DNA from: Nemertoderma westbladi
Taxonomy: Eukaryota > Animalia > Xenacoelomorpha
Assembly (NCBI GenBank): GCA_032718475.1
Contig: JAUCBJ010003376.1
Coordinates: 1-34,460 of the forward strand
DNA: 34,460 nucleotides
Reading direction: 5' to 3'
Shown: piece by piece, positions 23,139 to 34,460 of the stretch
Numbering within the stretch: the first letter of the stretch is position 1
How the letters are laid out: each line of letters begins with the position of its first letter
Made by a program: the position numbers and the translations under genes
The notes under the pieces: model-generated
Told to the model about the DNA's origin: nothing
What the model saw: only the letters and a program-made list of their open reading frames with translations
Databases searched by the model: none

Positions 23139-24279
23139 CGGTGTAACAGGCTGAGATAACTCCCCACCAAATATGCCTCTCCAGTAGTCGTCTTAGCCTA
23201 GGCTGAAAACACTCCCAAAAAAGTTTAGTTGCAAAAATTTAATTGCAAAAAGATATTTAGTTGTTTCTGACTTTACATACTGTATACATACTGTAGGATC
23301 TAAGTTCGTTTTACCTTATATGTACATACAGGCTAAGTACTTACTACTTTATAGCAGCTATAATACTTTTTGGCAGTGATTTTTTATGTCCGTTCATTTG
23401 ACTTTTTTGTCCGCAATTTCTTACGAATTTTGCATAATACTTTTGTTGTTCGCAGAATGACTTTTTATGTATGCATTTTATCAATCAGAAAGAAAGGAGC
23501 AGGTTACATAGAGAGTCTTATCTAATCAAAACAATATACGATAACATTACCAATTGAGAGAAAAGAGCAGTGATCAGGTTACAGAGGCTGGCTTTTTTTA
23601 ACCAAAACAATAAACAGTTACAATATAAAATGAGGAAAAATAGCAGGTAACCGTGATGGGCTATTCTAACTATTTAATATAATTATTTAACATTGAGAAA
23701 AGCAGCATCAGGATTTAACTTAAAGAACACACAGATAATAAATAATTATTTGTAGGGTTTTTCGCAATTAGGGGAATCATATCAGCCTAAGGGGAGTGTT
23801 CTCAGCCTAGGCCGAGATAACTGGGGAGTGTTCTCAGCCTAGGCCGAGATAACTGGGGAGTGTTCTCAGCCTAGGCCGAGATAACTGGGGAATGTTCTCA
23901 GCCTAGGCCGAGATAACTGCGGAGTGTTCTCAGCCTAGGCCGAGATAACTGGGGAGTGTTCTCAGCCTAGGCCGAGATAACTGGGGAGTGTTCTCAGCCT
24001 AGGCCGAGATAACTGGGGAGTGTTCTCAGCCTAGGCCGAGATAACTGGGGAGTGTTCTCAGCCTAGGCCGAGATAACTGGGGAGTGTTCTCAGCCTAGGC
24101 TGAGATAACTGGTGAGTGTTCTCAGCCTAGGCTGAGATAACTGGGGAGTGTTCTCAGCCTAGGCCGAGATAACTGGGGGGTGTTCTCAGCCTAGGCCGAG
24201 ATAACTGGGGAGTGTTCTCAGCCTAGGCTGAGATAACTGGGGAGTCATTTAAAAAAGGGAATCTCAGCCTTGTACACCG
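23139..24279. mobile_element. MITE with CGGTGT termini carrying an expanded 32-bp repeat
   Basis: Left CGGTGTAACAGGCTGAGATAACTCCCCA; right ATCTCAGCCTTGTACACCG. An inverted unit sits at 23191-23216. No TSD seen. Confidence 0.7.
23791..24245 (+). repeat. 14 x 32-bp tandem repeat with internal palindrome
   Basis: Unit GGGGAGTGTTCTCAGCCTAGG(C/T)GAGATAACT-type, centred on CTCAGCCTAGGCTGAG / CTCAGCCTAGGCCGAG. Nearly identical copies with no spacers. Confidence 0.97.
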
Positions 24280-27200
24280 GACTCCTCAAAGAATCGGCTT
24301 CTCGCTTCAAATATCAAAAAGCTATCAAATCGTGACTGTATGCCATTAACGCGACTGTATGTCTTTTATGTCTTTATTTGGCGACATATTGCGGCTAGTT
24401 CTTAGGCAGGGATATATGTAGCGGACATCTGAGGGAAAATTAGTTCTAAAAATTTAATAAGTTGTAGGTCAACATCATAGTGGTGACTTAAATATATTAT
24501 TTCTCCTTTAAGGTATTTCGGTTCTTTATATGGGTGTTAGCGAGAGATGAGGAAAGTGCAATCCCTCATGCACACACCTGAACAATGCAGATTATACATA
24601 ATACTGTAGAACTAAACATACATTAAGAGTTGCTAATATTATTGGGTCGCTTTCATACAGCCGTCCACATTCAAATAGAATTATGGGATATAGTCACAGT
24701 TTTCTGTGATTAAAATTGTAAATATCCTATGCTAGACGATAAAATGGAATGCCGATCGGTTAACGTAAGGTGATATTTCCCCAACGCAACGCCATCCACA
24801 TAGTTGTTACAAGATGGCAAACTATTCCTCCCCTTGCCTTGGTGCCAAGCATCTCACGTGGGATCAATATTTTACAGAATTATGAATCGAGCAATTAAGG
24901 TATTAATTATTGGAAAGGTTTGCCAATGTCGACTGCATTTTGTAGCCTCGATTATTTGTAAGATAAATCCGTATTCAAGCGTGAACGTATTCAGCTTTGC
25001 AACCAATTAAAAATATAATATCAACGTAGTTATGCTTAGAATAATTTGTAAAAATTTGTTTTACCTATTGTAACTTACAATTTCAGAGAGCTGGAAGGAT
25101 TCCATGAAATCATTCCCTATTTTACAAAATCAAGACGAAACAAAGATAATCTCGCGGTCACGCGCACCGGTACCGCATAGTATTCGGAACAGGACTTAAT
25201 TAATCAAAGTGCACCCAGATTTACAGACTTTAAATAATTAGGTAAATACAGTGGGTTGAAGGGGCATCTTGGAATTTCAAAGCGCCTTTTACGGACTGTT
25301 GGGCGAATGGTGATGGGACAATCTGACATGTGTCAGATCAAACTAGTCATCAGCAGTGCACCACGTCTAAGCACTTCAATGGGTTGACATTCACGGCAAT
25401 CTTGGGTATTCAGCTGACCAGAATACTAGATTAACGATTTAATCCTACAGGAATCCTCATAATTTGGGTTGCATGCAAACTTGAGAACAGTTTTTCGTGA
25501 AACTGTCTCAACAAAGATTTTTTTTCCCTCTTTAGTACGTATATATATTAATCATATTTACAATAATGAAATAACTAATGAATAGGTTACAATTTATCAT
25601 TACGAATTCGGTTTAAACCGGAATTTCATGACAAACGAATCAACAAAATCGAAAAAATACCAAATACCAGAGAGCACTGATATAGAACTCAATTTGTAAC
25701 AAAATATACATCCACCGATTGTGGAAACGAGAAATATATAATAATTACATTAATGTAAAATTACGAAAAAATACGAAGCGAAAAGCAAAGATTTTACAAA
25801 TTTTAGAAAATATACTAATTTTGTTAAAATATGAGAGGAGCATGTCAAAATGTCAACAAGCATTGAATTTCTTCATAAACCACTCGATTATTGTTTGTTG
25901 TTGTAACGTTTGACATTATAATTATCACTATTGCCATTGTTGATTCTTTCCTTATTGTGAGTTTAATTTGTTTATTTATTGGTCGCGAGTAAGTTTGCAA
26001 GCAGGGTTCATGTATTATCGGTGCTCCATTATAGGCCTTTGCATTAACCAAACAGCCACGCCCGTTCGCAGTTGATGATAAGAAACATCGTCAATCATAA
26101 TAATTCGACATTGTATCCCGGATGAATGGATATTCTGAAATTAAAGTTGGCCATGCAAAACACTGGGACTTCAGTATTATATGAAGCAGTTCAGCGGTTT
26201 ATGAATCCTTATGAGTTTTCCGCACATAATTGTGTCGGATGTATTTCCATTGTAGATTGCTTGAATATTGCTTGAATATAAAAATAAACATGGTAAGAGA
26301 TAATTCCATACAAAGGCTATAAATTGGTCTAGATACATCGTAATACGGTCTGTAGGATTTCTGGCATACTGTAGTGGAAATTGGTACGATTTTAAAATTT
26401 GGTGGTGATTTTATAATTATGGTATAAACTGTATTTCATTTTAATAATAATTAGGTATATTGGATTCGCCCACGATCAATAAATTAGTTACTGGAATTTT
26501 CCATCCTTTTCAATTGTAACGGCACGGGTTTATCAGCTACACCAACCACGTTCGTATGAACAAGTATATATATGTATCTTTGTTACACTGCAGTACTTAT
26601 TCATAGTAACATCCAGGGCTGATTAGGGGACAGTTGGAATAGGTAGACCAGATCTTTCTCAATACTTTCTCATATCACTTTCTCATATATCACTTTCTCA
26701 TTTCACTAATAAATACAACACACTATGTACTGTTTTGGTTGCGTGGGGAGCAGTATTGTGTGGCCGTGGAGAAGCATCACAATAAATATTAACGATTGAA
26801 ATGTTTGAGATACACATTTTATTCTTTTGCCGATATGCGATATACAGTAGTGTGTTTTTTATTTCGCTGGAATATCAAATAAGATAACGAGAAAGGGATT
26901 GTTTGAAAATCCAAAACGCCAATAGCTATATTACATCGTATCATATCAAATGACGTAAAACGCCTTTAGGTTTCTGTTAAATAATTGCTCAAACAGTCAA
27001 ACACATAAAACAAGGCCTATTACTCGGACAACGTTAATTTCACCGGACACAAAACGTATCCTAAGTGTCAATTACTCCTCACCGTATATATTCCGCAGCA
27101 TTTTAAACAGTCAAATCCTTCTAGGTGGTATTTATCAGCAAAAATTCAACCCACCTGTCAAACCATCTACACCTGGTCATTAGCAATAACTTCACACTGT

Positions 27201-27519
27201 GGGATTCCTAGCGATTACCAACAGATTAAATTGCGTTTTATTTCCATTCCGTTATCTGTAGTTGTTGGTCCGTGTCAGACGAGGGACCCCTGTGACAATC
27301 GCCAGCCTCATGTCTGGATGGACCGAGATTGCGGTCATTGTCAGCTTTATCAGCGGGCTTCCTACACTGTGTTAAATGTCCGCATAAATTGCAGACTGGA
27401 AAGGTCACCACAGTGTAGCAAAATCTCCCTGATAGCAGCTTCACTCCGTGTCTACACAAACATTCTGCCTATGATTATCGGTAATGAAACCAGTTTAAAG
27501 AAACAATAATTACACGTAC

Positions 27520-27968
27520 GTGGGGACTTCGCGCAGCACGTAAGTCCAGATGAGCCTTTGCGTAGAGGTACAATTAGTGGACCTAGTCATTCGCCCCCTA
27601 GCGGCTGACAGATAAACTGTAAAAGACTGTCTGTGAGAAGAATTTCTTTATTCGGCAATGCCCGTCGCAATACTCCTACCAAATTTCAGATGAATCTGAT
27701 GGTTGGTTATATAATTTCAGATACTTTACGTTTTTGTCAATTCGCCCCTTAGCGGCAGACAGATGAACTACATAAGTCTGTTTCTCTGTAGAATTTCTAA
27801 ACTTTTGATAGACTACATGTGTACCAAGTTTAGTTACATTTCATCCATGATGGACAGACGTATTAGCTTTCAAACATTTACGTTGACAACGACAACGACG
27901 ACGACGGACGGGTCCACCAATTATACCCCTACGCTAAGGCTCACCTGGACTTACGTGGCTCGCCCCAC
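27520..27968. mobile_element. Helentron/DINE-1-like (HINE) non-autonomous element
   Basis: ~60-bp imperfect terminal inverted repeats (CACGTAAGTCCAG.TGAGCCTT.GCGTAG.GGTA.AATT.GTGGACC). Two ~150-bp internal repeats, each with CGCCCC(C/T)TAGCGGC and ACCAA(A/G)TTT. A (GAC/AAC)n microsatellite lies at 27885-27910. Confidence 0.65.
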
Positions 27969-29304
27969 AAATAAATTTATAACACTCTAAATAAAATCGT
28001 TTCTTTAATACCTTGCATAATCTTGTACAGCGTATTTACCTTCGTTTATTGTTTTGGATATAACTGTACATCCGTCTGGGTTACATGTTCCTTTGCTAAG
28101 TTTATCTTTCCTTTGCTTAGTTTATTGTAGTTCTTGCGTGTATAAATTTGGATACGGGATGGTTTATTCCATCATCGTGTTATAATCCATTTTGCACATC
28201 TCTTTCACATTATTTTTTGCATTCTTATTCATGTCGCTGGAATGTTAAGCAAATCCTATTGCAGCATAGCAATCTTTGAAGTGAATTAAAATGGTATTGA
28301 AGTGGATGCAATTAACGATTAGTTATACAGGAAACTGGGAACTAATGTTCCACAAAATTTCTTTCAGCGGGAAATTACAGATTATTTCCAGTTCAAGGCG
28401 ATTCCCGGTATCCTTTGGAGATTAATTTTCTTCTTATTACACAAACTTGCAATTTTATAATAAATTGAGAATCAAAATTATGAAAGTGTTACTAAGTGTT
28501 ACTAAATCGTTAGTCTATCCTCTCAATGGCTGCGTTACTTGTAATATAACAGTATCGCTATAATATATATCCCACCTCACTAGAACTAGAAACTAACTCA
28601 CTTTTTTTCACTTCGGTATATTTTGTTTCTCACATAAATATAAATATTTGTATAATTTTCGTTGGGCACAGCTGAGCAAATTCGACAATGACGTCCAGGT
28701 GGGATCGAACTGGGGGCCTCCAAGTTAAAAAAAATAAATATTCATAATTATAGTACAGTAAACCGTGAGTTGGATCTGTAAGATAAAAGTATCGAGAACC
28801 TTATCACAGTTCCTATAATAAATGTATGGAGTCACGTGGTTTTTGTTTTCTGAAAAATAGTTAGCACAATGAAAAATTTATCCGTAGGAATAAAGTAATT
28901 CTTGATAGCGAAATGGTTAACGTGTTTTGGAGGATGGTGGTGTAGCCATGAGTGGTTAGGTAGCCTACTCTATTATATTAATGAGGACACATTGACAACT
29001 TTAGGGACCGCTTCAGGTCCCGCTAGCAAAGAGTAGTAATTTCCCACACAATTTGGTATCGCAGTTCAGTACACATCGCCTTTGGTCAACTAGCTGAGAC
29101 CATAATTGATTATCCAAGCCCAAGGATAGATTCATATGTACCGATCGGTAAAACTTCGCAGGGCGATCATTTATTAGGCTTGGGACCGGTAACAGCATGT
29201 CAATACTGACCTTGGATTGTTGTTGGTATGCATAAAACTTGTGCATACTCAGGGAGGGACAGTAAATCTTGAATATAATGATGCTAAGTTCCGACCCATT
29301 ATTG

Positions 29305-29332
29305 CCCCCCCCCCCCCCCCCCCCCCCCCCCC
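29305..29332 (+). repeat. C28 homopolymer
   Basis: Read directly from the sequence. Confidence 0.9.
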
Positions 29333-29662
29333 ACTCCCATTGTACTCTTTCATTATAAATCATTTCATAAAATTTAATGTTGTATTTATTTATCACACGA
29401 CCAACATATATGTTTTTGTCGCAACTGCTGAGTTGCTGACGTCAATATTCAAAGTCAGTCTCTGAACAACTGAGTTACAGACAGATATTATATTTTTTTC
29501 CGACTTTTTCATCAGCATTTTCGGGGAATAGTAAAAGCATATTTTTTTTCAAGTTCGAAAATTTGTGGAAAAAATGTATTTACTATTTTGAGGGAATGGA
29601 GTTGGATTGTAGTGCCGTGATATTCTAAGCAAAATTTGCCTATACTGTTCAGCTCAACAGTC

Positions 29663-30573
29663 GGTGTGCGGATACTTCCCCCCGAACACTTCCCCCCCGG
29701 ACAGTTCCCCCCCGTTCAAGTAGGACACTTCCCCCCGGACACTTCCCCCCCGACACCCCCCCGACTGTTCTTAACTTCGCACATTCGTATTTTTCATTTT
29801 GTAAGGTAAACGGACCGCTTGTATCAGATAAGTTGTATCCAATTTTCCTTTCTTAGCTCAGAAAGTGATCTTTTGCATCCCGATTTTACATTTTGTATCC
29901 AAGTTTTATTTATGGATTTTATCAATGCAATTACATTGTATTGTTTGCTAATCTTTAAACAATTAATTAGATGACCTATAAATTCCATCCCCCGAATGAT
30001 ATACTGTTTTTATTAACTATAGAAATATAATAATTAATTGTTTTAATTATAGGTATTATTATGTAATAGTCTTCTTCAAATTGTAGCAGATGGGGATGAA
30101 TATTATTGTTGCAATCAAAATTATACCTCTCCAGGGTAAAATCGACATGCGTCGACCTGTATTCTGTGTTTTAGACTTTAGGCTTAGTCAATTCATTATC
30201 TGATGATACAACCATGAATTAATTATTTCAAAATGTTCTTAAAGTCTTTCACCCGGGCTCGGCAGCCCCCAACAAAAGAAGCGGGGTTTGGGGGCGGCAG
30301 CCCCCAATTAAAAGAAAAACAAACAAAATTTGACTATAAAAATGTTTCTTTTATAATTTTGAAAAAACTTGTCTAGATACAACTTGTCCTGTAACCATCT
30401 TTAACTTTTGTTTATTGCTTTGATGCACCCAGATTAATTTTAACACTTTAACTGGGGGGAAGTGTCCGGGGGGAAGTGTCCGGGGGGGGGGAAGTGTCCG
30501 GGGGGGAAGTGTCCTACTTGGGCGGGGGGAAGTGTCCGGGGGGGAACTGTCCGGGGGGAAGTGTCCTAGATCC
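29663..30573. mobile_element. MITE (Mutator- or hAT-like) with GGACACTTCCCCCC subterminal repeats
   Basis: C-rich repeats at 29670-29765 and inverted G-rich repeats at 30455-30573. Flanks CAACAGTC / CAACTGTC match 7 of 8 (TSD). Internal GGCAGCCCCCAA duplication at 30260-30307. Confidence 0.8.
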
Positions 30574-33031
30574 CAACTGTCTTTTACTACCTCAACCTGT
30601 CTGTCGTTAAGCAGCTAGACAACAGAAAGATCCCTCTGTAGCTATCTGCTGAACTGAAAGTAATAGCTACTCTAAGTACAGAAATACAGGACAGCAGCAG
30701 CCGGACATCAGGATGAAAGAGTTGCCAGCTAGGCTACGCCTGACTTAATATAATGGCGAAAAAACAACAGGACTAAAACAACAGTACGTAGACTAGCATG
30801 GAGAAAATGTTGTAGATAGGACATCATTTTACGAAAATGTCATACAAAAAAAATCAGGACAAATCGGCCCAGATGAAATCTGCCTAATTATTGATGAACA
30901 ACCAGCATAAGTAGGGAAGACTATGTATAGAATTAGTGATGTTCTAAAATAATTATTTATGTGCACGTACACAGTAAGTCGCGCCTCAACAACATGTTCA
31001 GCACATTGTTTCAGAATCATGTTCACGATCAACTTTGATGCGCATCTTTTTTTCAGCTTCATTAAAAATATTATAATAAAAACATATTTCCGCATCAAGT
31101 TTCTCGTTAGAGAGATCCTGCAACATCATGAAACAAGTTGCTGCAAGAAAATTTACATCGTATGATGTGAGGTGGCTGTTAAATATCAGACATGGAAAAA
31201 GCGCTACTCTAACTCACAATGATGAACAACGTACAATACCAATAAATCTTACTAAATTACAAATATCAATAAGAAGAGGTGATATTTGATCTAGAACTAC
31301 ACTCTAGGAATGAAGCCATCCAATATCGACATGTTAACCTTTATTGGTTTTTAGGATTATCACTCACAAACAAGATATTATTTTAAATAAATATAAGAGA
31401 GCCAAGATATGGCTATACGGATATGGATATGGATATGGATATATTTTAAGTTTGAGGTCATATCTAATCCATATATGCGCATGGATTACAAAGTTGTACG
31501 TAGCGGAACATACCGCGATTAACTAATATATTAATTACCATATTTGAAAAATTCTAGAACACATACTAATTTACGTATTTAGCTTCTCCTTATATGTATA
31601 TATCGGTACTGTAGGTACTTAGGTTTGCTCCTTTGCATATATTTCGCCTATTTTTTAAATAATGCAGCTCTGCTGGTTCAACATATATTGCAGCATACAA
31701 CATGTATAACATATGCAAAGACACAAATAATTATGTATAATATTCCACACATTAATCACAATACAAATAAATGCCAATCGTATGTTTAATGTGACTTGAA
31801 ATTATCATTGTTAATAATATTCACCTATTTATGTTGTTGCAACAGAGTAAACAAATTAGCTTTCACCATTTCTAGTTTACGTGTTCATTGCAACAATAAA
31901 TGGCGCAAGTGCTGAATAGGCCCCTATTGCAGATTATTACCATGTTAAAACTTTTTTAATTAGGTTCGTCCGGGTATGTATTTTTCCGACATAAAATTCC
32001 TTGCGGCATAAAATTTGATGTCTTATCATACATTGTATCTAATATTAAAACAAAAAAGTTAATATTAAACAAAGTCAAGAAAACAATAGATAATTAGCAG
32101 TTATCTTTCAAAATTTAGGTACAACTTGAATAAAAAGTGTCTCAGTTGATATTTCGGCATTACTACACCTGGGGTGCCCACTTTTTGACCAATTTTTTTC
32201 ATATATGCAAATGGCTTTTATCATGAGGTTTTTTTTGTTGTAGAACAAATATTTCACTTTCTAGCAGTAAGATGGTAGCTAGTAATTAGGATTTTGTGTT
32301 AACTAGTACCCTTCCTTAGCTAATAAAGAAATTTTAATTATAATTTAATAAATTTATAAATCAAATTTTTCTGGAATAATGTATGAGTCATGGTAGCTAG
32401 TCATTTTTATTCGATAGGCAGGGTAGCTAGTAATTATTTAATAGCTAGTTTTTTATACAAAATTTAGATGGGTGTATACAGTTTTTACTATTCAGAAATG
32501 TAAATTATATAGGTCTACATTTTTTATTTTAACAATTTATCTTTAATTGTATAACGACCCATATACTATTGAATTTTGTTTCGGAAAAGTTCTAGAACAA
32601 ACAACGTTACGGCATTATCCTTATATGCACTTCGCCAACCCAGAAACCAATATGTCACCCTATATATAGCCCTACTAATGTTGCTTAAAATTATTCAATA
32701 ACAAAAAACACATAAAAGAAAAAAAAAAAAAATGCTTTTTCAAAAACACTAGCTACCATTACAAAAATGTTGCAAGCGATTTCGCGCTTGTTTCATTTTA
32801 ATTTACCCAAAATAGAACGTAACAAAGAGTAGCTAGTATGATAAATTTAAGAGGGGATATGCCAAAAATTCAGTAGTACCGAACATTCCGGTCAATCAAT
32901 ATCAAAATTTTATTAATTTTTGCTTTAATGCATTATAACTAAAACATTTATAATTTCGGTCACGCATCCAACTAATATCAAATTACTAGCAGGCTAAAAG
33001 CAACTGAAACATTATTCACCACATATAATAC

Positions 33032-33211
33032 GTGAAAGACGATCAGGTCTTTGAGGCTCTTTAAAGTATCTTCTTTGGATTTCATGCTGATAGTAGTGCA
33101 CTGAGCGGGTATGGTGTTAATTGGTTCAGCTGTTCCCTTAGATCTTTGTGGATACGTAGTTGCTGTCAATGAGATTATCGTAAGTATTATTAGTGTACCT
33201 TGGGTCAACAT
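33032..33211 (-). CDS. Putative first exon of an unknown secreted protein, divergent from TSSK
   Basis: aaaATG at 33211 (-) gives MLTQGTLIILTIISLTATT (signal-peptide-like) ...KSLKDLIVFH, then a phase-0 donor cac|GTATTA. No homology recognised and no downstream exon identified. Confidence 0.3.
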
Positions 33212-33758
33212 TTTTGGAGATTTTATAATGCTATATTTATTTATTACATTTATTGAGAATAATAATCTGAAATATGGCCGGCTATATGGTAGAAACATAA
33301 TATAATATAAAGGAAGTTCTCGTAAGAGTGGAGTCATACTGGATATGATATAATAATGCTGGTAAAATTGTTGAGGTGTAATTAATTAAAAATCATAAGG
33401 GTAGTACGATAATAATAAAATTGAAACACACAATACGGTTGTCCATCTATCTGCCTTCTGTCTAAATATATTTATGTATATTTTTTGTAAAAAATACAAT
33501 AAATTAGGAATTCAATCAGAAGTATTTTATATACATTTTTAAATAACATTCGTCAGAATAGATAGCCAACCAATTCCATAAAATCAACTAATATAAATGT
33601 ATAAATATAATATTAATGATATCAAGAAAATAGTGACCCAAATCACACTAGTTGTGATTAATGTGTTGGATTTTAGAGGCGAATGAGTTCGATGTGTCGT
33701 CAGATTGTTCATCGATTACGTCGAACCCGCGCCCCCATGCTGGGTCCACGCAACGATA

Positions 33759-34460
33759 ATGGGAGAGGATAAAAATATACCACCAAATCGCGCTTCGTCG
33801 CGGCGGTTAGGTGATGAAGAAATTTTGAAGGATAGGGGATATACACTGATGCCAGGATTATTGGGGGAAGGTTCATATGCAAAAGTTAAGAAGGCTACAG
33901 AAATAGATCCACCTTCCAGATCAGTTGCAGTTAAAATAATTGACAAAACTAAAGCTTCGCAAGAATTTTTGAGAAAGTTTTTAGACCGGGAATTGGAGGT
34001 TCTTAAGATTATTAAACATCCGAATATTTGCGAAATGTACAAGATTTTCACATCCAATAACAAAGTATTCATTGTAATGGAAATGGCAAATCACGGTGAT
34101 TTATTAGATTACATCAAATTGAGGACCAGAATTGATGAAAAAACCGCACAAAAATTTTTTTTACAAATTACTGACGCTGTCAAATATTTACATGATACTG
34201 GCATCTGTCACAGAGATTTAAAATGTGAAAATATTCTGCTTTACGGCGCTACAGGTGCAGAAAATAATGTGAAAATTACCGACTTCGGGTTCGGAAGGCG
34301 ATTTCGAAAAAACGAAGGATCGAAAACATTTTGTGGGTCGGCGGCTTATGCCGCACCCGAAGTACTATCGGGTAAGGAGTACAATCCTATATATTACGAT
34401 ATCTGGTCGTGTGGGATCGTACTTTATATAATGGTAAATGGTTCGATGCCCTTCGATGAT
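33759..34460 (+). CDS. TSSK: Testis-specific serine/threonine kinase (TSSK family), 3' end outside window
   Basis: ataATGG at 33759, with an in-frame upstream stop at 33684. Open to the window end: LGEGSYAKVK, VAVKIID, FLRKFLDRELEVL, HRDLKCENILL, DFGF, SKTFCGSAAYAAPE, DIWSCG, GSMPFDD. KCEN and KFL.REL are TSSK hallmarks. No intron in 234 codons. Confidence 0.92.
   Translation, partial: MGEDKNIPPNRASSRRLGDEEILKDRGYTLMPGLLGEGSYAKVKKATEIDPPSRSVAVKIIDKTKASQEFLRKFLDRELEVLKIIKHPNICEMYKIFTSNNKVFIVMEMANHGDLLDYIKLRTRIDEKTAQKFFLQITDAVKYLHDTGICHRDLKCENILLYGATGAENNVKITDFGFGRRFRKNEGSKTFCGSAAYAAPEVLSGKEYNPIYYDIWSCGIVLYIMVNGSMPFDD

Noticed and set aside
23791-24245. CRISPR-like array (32-bp palindromic repeats)
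   Set aside because: Units are head-to-tail with no unique spacers, there are no cas genes, the context is eukaryotic, and the unit matches the host MITE's subterminal repeat.
29013-29465. Poly-Gly/poly-Pro ORFs (also 15293-15484)
   Set aside because: Produced by C28 and G23 homopolymers.
33716-34072. 118-aa minus-strand ORF
   Set aside because: Antisense shadow of the TSSK CDS.

Overview
AT-rich, intron-containing eukaryotic (animal, probably marine invertebrate) genomic DNA; nothing here is prokaryotic and there is no CRISPR array. Two protein-coding genes are well supported. The first is a three-exon SH2D4A/B-like adaptor gene on + (9869-14666, 581 aa after splicing). The second is a so-far intronless testis-specific Ser/Thr kinase (TSSK-like) on + that starts at 33759 and runs off the window; the ORF track missed it. 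Weaker coding signals are a signal-peptide + Reeler (F-spondin-like) first exon at 21555 and a signal-peptide exon head-to-head with the kinase. Much of the rest is nested mobile DNA: a 1.39-kb hAT-type palindrome with an 8-bp TSD inside SH2D4 intron 1; a Kolobok-type MITE nested in a pogo/Tc1-type MITE; a 2.1-kb CAG-ended element with an apparent 5-bp TSD and a decayed ORF; a MetaSINE with a 13-bp TSD; three RTE-like RT relics; a CRE-type RLE relic; a Helentron/HINE-like element with CTCF-like motifs; and two 32-bp-period tandem arrays that appear to grow out of transposon subterminal repeats. The most unusual unexplained signal is local hot-zones densely packed with short motifs (TAGGCCTA, TACAGTA/TACTGTA, CTGACAG, GGTACCGGTA). 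They interrupt older repeats, cluster around the SH2D4 start, and resemble accumulated transposon excision footprints. All family assignments are by eye, without database searches.
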